NCBI GenBank assembly: GCA_963835065.1
Contig: CAWIEK010000026.1
Location: 1-46,844, forward strand
DNA length: 46,844 nucleotides
Reading direction: 5' to 3'
Origin: an uncultured Chthonomonadaceae bacterium
GTDB taxonomy: Bacteria > Armatimonadota > Chthonomonadetes > Chthonomonadales > Chthonomonadaceae
A program made the position numbers and the translations under genes. Positions 39,819-46,844 of this stretch are shown piece after piece; position 1 is the first letter of the stretch; every line of letters starts with the position of its first letter. A model generated the notes under the pieces. The model did not search any database and was not told the origin of the DNA. It saw only the letters and a program-made list of their open reading frames with translations.

Positions 39819-42056
39819 ATGAACAACGCTATCGCAAACGCCTTTCCCTACAATCTTTTCCAGATGCCGCAGGAAGCCGCCCTGCATCTACAGCGGCAGG
39901 CAATGGAAGCCAGCATCAACGGCATCGTGATTGCCGATATGCGCCTGCCGGATCGTCCCTTGATCTACGTCAATCCCGCTTTCGAGACCATCAGCGGCTA
40001 CAAAGCCGAAGACATTCTGGGCAAGAACTGCCGCTTCCTGCAAGGGACAGACCGCAACGCGCCAAGCAACCTGGCGGCGCGGCAAACCATGCGCGACGCC
40101 CTGGATCGCGCCGTTCCGTGCAGCGTGATTTTGCACAATTTTCGCAAGGACGGCAGAGCGTTCTGGAACGAATTGTTTATGGCTCCCATTTTCGATGCGG
40201 AGGGCGTGTTGACGCACTGCGTCGGCATCCAAAACGATGTCACAGCGCGGGTAGAAGCGGAAACAGCTTTGCAGCAGGCGCATGACGAACTGGAGCGGCG
40301 CGTGGCCGAGCGCACCGAAGCGCTGCGGCAGCAAGAGCAGTTCCTGCGCAAAGTGCTGGATACCGACCCGAACCTGATCTTTGTGAAAAATGCCGATGGC
40401 GTCTACACGCTTGCCAATCAAGCCCTTGCCGCTCTGTACGGCACGACGCCTGCGGAACTGGTCGGCAAAACCGATGCCGACTTCAACCACAATGCCAACG
40501 AGGTAGCCCAATTCTCCGAAGATGACCGCGATGTGATCCGCTTCCGGCGCGAAAAGTTCATTCCCGCCGAAGTGATAACGGACTGCGAAGGACGAGCGCA
40601 CTGGCTGCAAACCGTGAAGCGTCCCCTCGCGTCGCCGGATGGGGCTGTCGAGCATTTGTTGGGCATCTGCACCGACATCACGGCGCGCAAAGAGGCGGAA
40701 AACCAAATTGCGCATCAGGCGTTCCATGATACGCTGACCGATCTTCCCAACCGCGCCCTGCTGCTCAACCGGATGGAGCAAGGCTTGGCCCGCGCCGCGC
40801 GCACCGGGGATGCTATCGGACTGTTGTTTGTAGACCTGGACAATTTCAAGGTGGTCAATGACAGCCTGGGACATGAAGCGGGCGATACCCTGCTGCAAAC
40901 GATTGCCGGGCGGCTGCGCGGGTGTGTTCGTCCGGGCGATACCGTCGCGCGTCTGGGCGGAGATGAGTTCGTGATTTTGCTGGAAGAACTCAGTGGAGAA
41001 AAAGAAGCCGCAGCCATCGCGGAACGCGCTGTGGAAGCGCTTCATCTGCCCTTCCGTTTGGGGGAACGGGATGTGTTTCCGGGCGCCAGCATCGGGCTGA
41101 CCCTCACTGTTTTGGACGATGTCCGCACCGCCGGTGATCTGCTGCGGGATGCGGATACCGCCATGTACCAGGCCAAGCTGCAGGGCAAAGGCCGTTATAC
41201 GCTGTTCGATATGAGCATGAATACGCGGGCGCAGGAACGACTGGAACTGGAAACCGATATGCGCCAGGCCATTGCTAACGGAGAGTTTGTCGTTTTTTAT
41301 CAACCGATTATGGATTTGCAATCGGGGCGACTGGCCGGAGTGGAAGCCCTGGTACGCTGGCAGCACCCGACGCGGGGCATGATTTCGCCGGCGAAATTTA
41401 TTCCCATCGCCGAAGAAACCGGGTTGATCGTGCCCCTGGGAAGATGGGTGCTGCGGCAGGCGTGTTTAGAAGCGCGGCGCTGGCAAACCCAATACCCGGA
41501 TGCCCATAATTTTGTGATGAGCGTCAACCTTTCCATACGGCAGATGCTGGAAAAAGACATCATCGCGCAGGTAGCCGCCATCCTGGAAGAAACCGGATTG
41601 GCTCCCGAATACCTGAAATTGGAGATCACGGAAAGCATGATGCTGCAAGATACGAGCGCAACCATCGAAACCATGACGGCGCTGCGCGATTTGGGCATCC
41701 GGCTTGCTATTGACGACTTCGGGACAGGCTACAGTTCCATGTCCTACCTGTCGCAGTTACCCTTGAACACGCTCAAGATTGATCGCTCGTTTATCAACCG
41801 GATCGGCGTGTCCGGCGGGGATGAAGCGATTGTGCGCGCGATCATCAGCCTGGCCCGTACCCTGCGGCTTTCCGTAACGTGCGAAGGCATTGAAACACAG
41901 GAGCAGTTTACGTATCTGCAAAACCTGGGCTGCGACCTGGGGCAAGGCTTTCTCATGCACAAGCCGCTCCCCGCCGCGCAGATCGAGGCGCTGCTTGCCG
42001 GGGAAGCCCATCCGCTGATGAAAGCAAAAGCAGAACTACTGCTGCAATCGGCTTAA
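39819..42056 (+). CDS. LOV-PAS-GGDEF-EAL diguanylate cyclase/phosphodiesterase
   Basis: GKNCRFLQG LOV motif; second PAS; DLDNFK, RLGGDEF; EALVRW; DDFGTGYSS. Confidence 0.95.
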   Translation: MNNAIANAFPYNLFQMPQEAALHLQRQAMEASINGIVIADMRLPDRPLIYVNPAFETISGYKAEDILGKNCRFLQGTDRNAPSNLAARQTMRDALDRAVPCSVILHNFRKDGRAFWNELFMAPIFDAEGVLTHCVGIQNDVTARVEAETALQQAHDELERRVAERTEALRQQEQFLRKVLDTDPNLIFVKNADGVYTLANQALAALYGTTPAELVGKTDADFNHNANEVAQFSEDDRDVIRFRREKFIPAEVITDCEGRAHWLQTVKRPLASPDGAVEHLLGICTDITARKEAENQIAHQAFHDTLTDLPNRALLLNRMEQGLARAARTGDAIGLLFVDLDNFKVVNDSLGHEAGDTLLQTIAGRLRGCVRPGDTVARLGGDEFVILLEELSGEKEAAAIAERAVEALHLPFRLGERDVFPGASIGLTLTVLDDVRTAGDLLRDADTAMYQAKLQGKGRYTLFDMSMNTRAQERLELETDMRQAIANGEFVVFYQPIMDLQSGRLAGVEALVRWQHPTRGMISPAKFIPIAEETGLIVPLGRWVLRQACLEARRWQTQYPDAHNFVMSVNLSIRQMLEKDIIAQVAAILEETGLAPEYLKLEITESMMLQDTSATIETMTALRDLGIRLAIDDFGTGYSSMSYLSQLPLNTLKIDRSFINRIGVSGGDEAIVRAIISLARTLRLSVTCEGIETQEQFTYLQNLGCDLGQGFLMHKPLPAAQIEALLAGEAHPLMKAKAELLLQSA

Positions 42057-42069
42057 GAACCCATGCCAA

Positions 42070-43497
42070 CTAGCGCAGCTGCTGCTCCCACTTCATCTGC
42101 CCGCTCAGGACATCCCACGCGCGCAGGTTGCCGCCGCCGCCCGCGCCGATGACGGTCTGGCTGTCGGGCGTGAAGTCTACGGCCTGAATGTTTTCGGGCG
42201 CGGAAAGGGTGTTGAGCAGCGCGCCCGTGTGCGCGTCCCACAGTTTTACGGTGCGGTCTGAGCTGCCGGTCGCCAGCAATTTGCCGTCAGCGGAAAAGCG
42301 GACGCCGAAGACAAAGTTGGTATGTCCCGTCAGAGTTTGCTGCGGGGTTCCGGTTTGCGGGTTCCACAGGATTACCGTGTTGTCCGCGCTGCCACTGGCA
42401 AGGGTTTTGCCGTCGGGGGAGTAGGCAACCGCGAAGGCCGCGTACTTGTGCGCTTTCAGGGTTTGAACCACACTGCCCGTTTGCGCGTTCCAGATGTACA
42501 CCGTGCCATCCCCGACGGCTCCGGCAAGGGTCGCGCCGTCCGGGGAAAAGGCAATGGCAGTTGCGCCCAGGCTGCCGGTGGGAATGGATTGCAACTGTGT
42601 CCGCGCCTGCACGTCCCAGATGCGAACCGTATGGTCGTTGTAGCCGGCAGACGCCACGCGCTTGCCGTCGGGGGCAAACGCCACGCCGCTGATGCGGTCG
42701 CCATGCCCGCGCAGTTCGGCCAGAACCGCGCTGCTGCGCGAATCTATCAGCCGTAAAACGCGATCCTGACTGCCGCTTGCCAGCAGGGTTCCATCCGGCG
42801 AATAGGCCAGCGCGTACACGATCTGCCCAAGATTGACGCCCCCGACGCGCTGCCCGTTGAGCGGGTTCGCGTACCAGATACGCCCCGACAAATCTTCATA
42901 AACGTAGCGGTGTGTTTTGGAAGCGGCAGCCGTTTGCCCCTGCGCCCCGCCCGGCGTAACAGCAACCCGCGTCAGGGTTGGCTTACCTGCCGTCAGGTTT
43001 CGCTTTCCGGTGGCTTTGTGGGAAGCGGCAAGGGCGCTGAGAAGTCCACCCCGCGAAGCGCGGCGCAATAAGCGATCTACATTGCCTTCCCCCGCATTGG
43101 ACTCATCCGGCGGCGAATCGCTGTTGCCCCCACCATTTCCACTGGAATTATCGCTTGACCCGGACTGAGTTCCATTGTCGGGCGGAATGTCTTCGACAGG
43201 GCCGGGCAGGGGATCGGACGGTGTGGGGATAGCGGGATCGTTCGGAAGGGTTGTGCCGGAACTCGTCGTATCGTCTATGGCATATTCGCCGTTGTACGTG
43301 GTGCGTACAAACGTGCCGCCACTGGCGACTTTGCTGCCATCCGGCGATACGGCTAAGGCGTACTGCTCCGTGCCTTCCGTCGTGGTTTCGTCCAGCCCAT
43401 TCGTGCCGCTCCTGCCACCGCCACACGCCTGTATACCGCCCAAACACGCGCCCAACAGCAGCCATTGCCCCCAGCGTTTCGCTCGTGCGCTTCGCAT
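42070..43497 (-). CDS. WD40-repeat lipoprotein
   Basis: Lipobox-like GIQAC; repeated GH...V..VAFSPDG..LASGS.D.TV.LWD; AGGAG RBS before ATG 43497. Confidence 0.9.
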   Translation of the reverse strand: MRSARAKRWGQWLLLGACLGGIQACGGGRSGTNGLDETTTEGTEQYALAVSPDGSKVASGGTFVRTTYNGEYAIDDTTSSGTTLPNDPAIPTPSDPLPGPVEDIPPDNGTQSGSSDNSSGNGGGNSDSPPDESNAGEGNVDRLLRRASRGGLLSALAASHKATGKRNLTAGKPTLTRVAVTPGGAQGQTAAASKTHRYVYEDLSGRIWYANPLNGQRVGGVNLGQIVYALAYSPDGTLLASGSQDRVLRLIDSRSSAVLAELRGHGDRISGVAFAPDGKRVASAGYNDHTVRIWDVQARTQLQSIPTGSLGATAIAFSPDGATLAGAVGDGTVYIWNAQTGSVVQTLKAHKYAAFAVAYSPDGKTLASGSADNTVILWNPQTGTPQQTLTGHTNFVFGVRFSADGKLLATGSSDRTVKLWDAHTGALLNTLSAPENIQAVDFTPDSQTVIGAGGGGNLRAWDVLSGQMKWEQQLR

Positions 43498-43640
43498 GTT
43501 CGCTTCTCCTGTGCAGCCATTAAAAATAGCGTATTCCTGCCGCAATTCGCGCCAACTCCCAAGTTTACGAACGCGCCTCCACTTTGTGACGGCATTGCCT
43601 GCAGAATGTTGGCGATTGCGCCCGATGGATAGTTTGCGGC

Positions 43641-43669
43641 TTGACACAGCAAACCCGTGACGCTATAAT
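43641..43669 (+). promoter_or_regulatory. Perfect consensus sigma70 promoter
   Basis: TTGACA (43641)-17 bp-TATAAT (43664). Confidence 0.85.
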
Positions 43670-43777
43670 GCCCGTATATCCCTGTGGACTAGATATTCCT
43701 CCACACAACCATTTGTAGCTTCCTTGCTTTGTTATTGGGTGAGAACAGAACGGCCAGAGGAAATAGACGGGAGAAAA

Positions 43778-44533
43778 ATGATGAGCCTTGCGGACACGCC
43801 CGACGCGCAACAGAAAACTTCAAAGCCTGCGCGTAAACAATTCAGACGGATTTTGAGCGGCTTGCTTGTCTGTGTTGTTTTGCTGGGCGGCTTGACGGCA
43901 GCTATGAGGTCTGCGCGTCCCTCCTGGCATGTCGTTACAGGGAGCGGCAAGCCGGGAGAGTGGGTAGGCACAATGGAATGTCCCGACAACTGGCAACTGG
44001 TAACCCAATCGAGCCGCCCCAATTTCACCATCCTGACCCTGCGCCGCAAGCCGCTTACGGGGCCGATGGCCTGGTGGAACCGCGTTATTCTGCATCAGGC
44101 CGGGGAGGGCAGTATTACGCGGATTATCGTCTGTGTAGCGCCTGAAATTCGTGAGGGCATGCTTCCTGCGCCACCCATGAGCCATGCCGACAAACTACGC
44201 GAGGCGAATACCTCGCTGGATACCATTGCATCGGCAGATAAATCCGCGATGCAAAACACTCCGGGCAGGAAGATGACTATTCAGCGCCTGTCGCATCCGC
44301 TTGGCCCCGCGCTTGCGGAGGCAATGGACAAGGCAACGCCCATTCAGACGGGAACGTCGCTCCCAGGTCCCACTATCCACTCTGACTATGATTCGCTGAT
44401 TATTGTGCCGACGGAAGCGGGGGATTTCCGGGGTATGGTGACGGTTGGTTCGCTGACAAGTCCGAGCGAAGCCGCCGCGCTAAAGCCGATTTTGGAGCGC
44501 ATGACGCGCAGCATCCGCCTGGTGAAGAAGTAG
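43778..44533 (+). CDS. Hypothetical membrane-anchored protein
   Basis: GGGAG RBS; single N-terminal TM segment; C-terminal ..ILERMTRSIRL helix-strand ending. Confidence 0.75.
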   Translation: MMSLADTPDAQQKTSKPARKQFRRILSGLLVCVVLLGGLTAAMRSARPSWHVVTGSGKPGEWVGTMECPDNWQLVTQSSRPNFTILTLRRKPLTGPMAWWNRVILHQAGEGSITRIIVCVAPEIREGMLPAPPMSHADKLREANTSLDTIASADKSAMQNTPGRKMTIQRLSHPLGPALAEAMDKATPIQTGTSLPGPTIHSDYDSLIIVPTEAGDFRGMVTVGSLTSPSEAAALKPILERMTRSIRLVKK

Positions 44534-44587
44534 CCTTTCTTCGCCGCCAGGCGGATGTTTCGCGGCAGGACAATGTTTCGCTAATGT

Positions 44588-45220
44588 TTAGCGTTTCAGG
44601 AGAGCGAACGCCATATTGGTTCCCGCGCCGTATTTGAGCGCCATCGTGATCCACAGCCAGGCCGCCGCTTCCAACTGCGCGGCTTGCGTGAGCGGGCCGG
44701 CGTCTACGGGATCAAAGCCAAGTTCTGAAGCCAATTGCGCCCCGACCTTTTTGGATTCGGCATTGTCGCCGCAATAAAACATCACGGGAAGCTGCCCGTC
44801 AAAGTGGGAATCCGCCATGACGTTCGCGCCCGTCGTATTGAAAATCTTCACGACATTGGCTCCCGCCGCCCATTGCGCGACGATTTCCCCGGCAGACGTG
44901 GTATGCCCGATTTCCAGCCCGGAAAAGTCTGCTTTGATGGGGTTGGTGCAGTCGAGCAGGATTTTGCCGGACAGATTGCCCATATTTTGAACCGCGTCCT
45001 GCGCCGCCTGCCAGGGAACCGCCAAGGCTACGACTGTGCCGAACCCTGCGGCTTCCGCCACGCTGCCCGCTGTCGCCTGCGTTCCCAATTCGACCAGCAG
45101 CGCGCCGATTTTGTTGGAAGCCGGGTCCGGTACGCCGAACTTCACCTCATGCCCCTTTGCAATCCAGCCCCGCGCCAATGCGCTTCCCACGTTTCCCGCG
45201 CCGATAATGCCGATTTTCAT
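44588..45220 (-). CDS. NADP oxidoreductase, F420_oxidored family
   Basis: MKIGIIGAGNVG, LAVPW, LLDCTNP, VVKIFNT, GFDPVDAGPL. Confidence 0.92.
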   Translation of the reverse strand: MKIGIIGAGNVGSALARGWIAKGHEVKFGVPDPASNKIGALLVELGTQATAGSVAEAAGFGTVVALAVPWQAAQDAVQNMGNLSGKILLDCTNPIKADFSGLEIGHTTSAGEIVAQWAAGANVVKIFNTTGANVMADSHFDGQLPVMFYCGDNAESKKVGAQLASELGFDPVDAGPLTQAAQLEAAAWLWITMALKYGAGTNMAFALLKR

Positions 45221-45322
45221 GTTGGTTGTCGTCTCCTGATTCTGTTTGCCCGAAGAGATAAGTTTCCGCGTTGCTATTGCGGAAGAAAGGCCGTCTGCCC
45301 CGTGCTGTCGTTGTTGCGCTCA

Positions 45323-45389
45323 TAGTATACTAAAAACAATCTGGAATTGGAAGTACGTACATCAATGTGCCATACTTACATCTATGTGC
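45323..45389. promoter_or_regulatory. Divergent control region with candidate HxlR operator repeats
   Basis: Palindrome TAGTATACTA and two copies of TACATC(A/T)ATGTGC between the divergent genes. Confidence 0.5.
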
Positions 45390-45442
45390 GTATCTACGCA
45401 CATGAGAGCGATCTAATTTTTCCAGCGCAGGAGACGGCAGCC

Positions 45443-45919
45443 ATGTCAATCAGCCCAAAGAACAATGCACATGCGGAACTCTCCACATTGGGGGCGCTTT
45501 TGGCGCTTGATCTGGTTTCCGATAAGTGGACGATCCTTATCATTTATGCGCTGAAACACGGCACGAAGCGCTACAGCGAATTGCAGCGCGAGATTGACGG
45601 CATTTCGCAGCGCATGTTGATCTTCACCCTGCGCAACATGGAGCGCGACGGCCTGATTACGCGCAAAGTTTACCCGGTTGTCCCGCCCAAAACGGAGTAT
45701 ACGCTGACGCCGCTTGGCGAAACCCTCTGGCAGCCGCTCCACAATCTCTGCCTGTGGGCGGAGGAGTATTTCGATCAGGTGCTGGAGTGCCGGCAGCAGA
45801 ACGCGGCGCGGCAGGCGGAACAAACGCCGGAAGATAAGACGCGGGAAGATAAGACGCAGGAAAATAGTAAGATGCTGAAGGACAAGAGGGATGTTGAAAG
45901 ACAAGAGGCCGGGAGCTAA
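45443..45919 (+). CDS. HxlR-family winged-helix regulator
   Basis: DKWTILII, RYSELQREIDGISQRML, LERDGLI.RKVYPVVPPKTEYTLT.LG; AGGAG RBS. Confidence 0.95.
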   Translation: MSISPKNNAHAELSTLGALLALDLVSDKWTILIIYALKHGTKRYSELQREIDGISQRMLIFTLRNMERDGLITRKVYPVVPPKTEYTLTPLGETLWQPLHNLCLWAEEYFDQVLECRQQNAARQAEQTPEDKTREDKTQENSKMLKDKRDVERQEAGS

Positions 45920-45922
45920 ATC

Positions 45923-46844
45923 GTGAGACAATCTTATCGCGCCGGCGGCAGCGAACAAGTGGATACGCCATCCCTGCCGCCCGGCAAGCCGGACATTCGC
46001 GTGTTTCGGCGCGTGTGGCCGTATTTGCGTCCGTATCGCGGCAAAATCGCGCTTGGCGTCGGCCTGCTGCTGATTTCCACGCCCCTCAGTTCCGCGCACC
46101 CATTAATTTGGCGCTACATCGTGGATGATGTTGTTGGGCAGCGCCATGTCGGGCATTTGTGGCCGGCTCTGCTGTTGATGTTTGCCATTCAGGGCACGGC
46201 GACGCTGCTGGAAGCCATCAAAAGCATTGTGCTGGAACGGGTAGGGCAGCGGTTCGTGTTCGATCTGCGCCAGTCCGTGTACCGGAAATTGCAGTCGCAA
46301 TCGCTGGCTTATTTAAGCGAGAACCGCACCGGCGATTTGATTTCGCGGGCTATGTCGGACGTGGACGTACTTCAGGAAGTGGCGTTTCAGTCCATTGATT
46401 CGGTATTGGGCAACACGCTGAGTTTTCTGGTCGTGGCCGCCATACTCATTCATCTCAATTGGAAATTAGGCTGCGTGACGCTGCTGCCGATTGTCGCCGT
46501 TTTCTTCCTGACGCGCTTTTTCAATACTCGCGTCAAGGCCATTTACCGGCAGTCGCGGGATAGGCTGGGCGAAGTGAACGCGCGATTGCAGGAAAACCTG
46601 ACCGGCCTGACCCTGATTAAAGCGTTTGCCAAAGAGCGTTACGAGGCGGGGCGGTTTCACAACGTTGCCGAGAGCTATCTTCAAACCAACTTTCGCGCCA
46701 TTTTCGCCCGCAACACGTTTTTCCCCGCCGTGCGCTTCATCGGCTTTTTCAGCAACATTCTCTCGGTCGGGTACGGGGCGTATCTCGCGCTGCAAGGGCA
46801 GTTTACGGTCGGCGGTTTGGTCGCTTATCGCGGGTACTGGTGGC
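45923..46844 (+). CDS. ABC transporter transmembrane domain (exporter type), truncated by the window end
   Basis: Manual translation MRQSY..RRVWPYLRPYRGKIALG..FDLRQSVYRKLQ..RTGDLISR..LQENLTG..IKAF; no stop before the window end. Confidence 0.9.
   Translation, partial: MRQSYRAGGSEQVDTPSLPPGKPDIRVFRRVWPYLRPYRGKIALGVGLLLISTPLSSAHPLIWRYIVDDVVGQRHVGHLWPALLLMFAIQGTATLLEAIKSIVLERVGQRFVFDLRQSVYRKLQSQSLAYLSENRTGDLISRAMSDVDVLQEVAFQSIDSVLGNTLSFLVVAAILIHLNWKLGCVTLLPIVAVFFLTRFFNTRVKAIYRQSRDRLGEVNARLQENLTGLTLIKAFAKERYEAGRFHNVAESYLQTNFRAIFARNTFFPAVRFIGFFSNILSVGYGAYLALQGQFTVGGLVAYRGYWW

Overview
GC-rich bacterial chromosomal segment. The gene repertoire (two DUF1559/H-X9-DG prepilin-like proteins, a DUF6785-like transporter, a GHL10 hydrolase, many 7-mer tandem-repeat hairpins) suggests Armatimonadota; this is an inference. 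Many genes carry single-base frameshifts and the start has poly-A runs, probably long-read errors. Left to right: O-methyltransferase, DUF433/DUF5615 toxin-antitoxin pair, prepilin-like protein, PilZ protein, FKBP PPIase, HtrA, a MITE, MFS and other transporters, a C5-MTase plus putative endonuclease R-M locus, a LacI-prepilin-like operon, a large secreted beta-propeller protein, a co-oriented cyclase-STAND-TPR / secreted TPR-CHAT protease / VIT-vWA cluster, comEC-dciA-recF, GHL10, LOV-PAS-GGDEF-EAL, a WD40 lipoprotein, an HxlR/oxidoreductase pair and a truncated ABC transporter. The most notable item is a ~750 bp non-coding region upstream of recF (36780-37530). It looks like a replication origin detached from dnaA/dnaN, with ten variant DnaA boxes (TTTTCAACA), one canonical box, a box-GC-trio-AT unwinding module and six copies of an unrecognised palindrome (ACTATG-NN-CATAGT), five of them fused to boxes. 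Next are the STAND/CHAT/vWA cluster and a codon-diversified (RPFDRPS)x4 repeat inside the CHAT protease.
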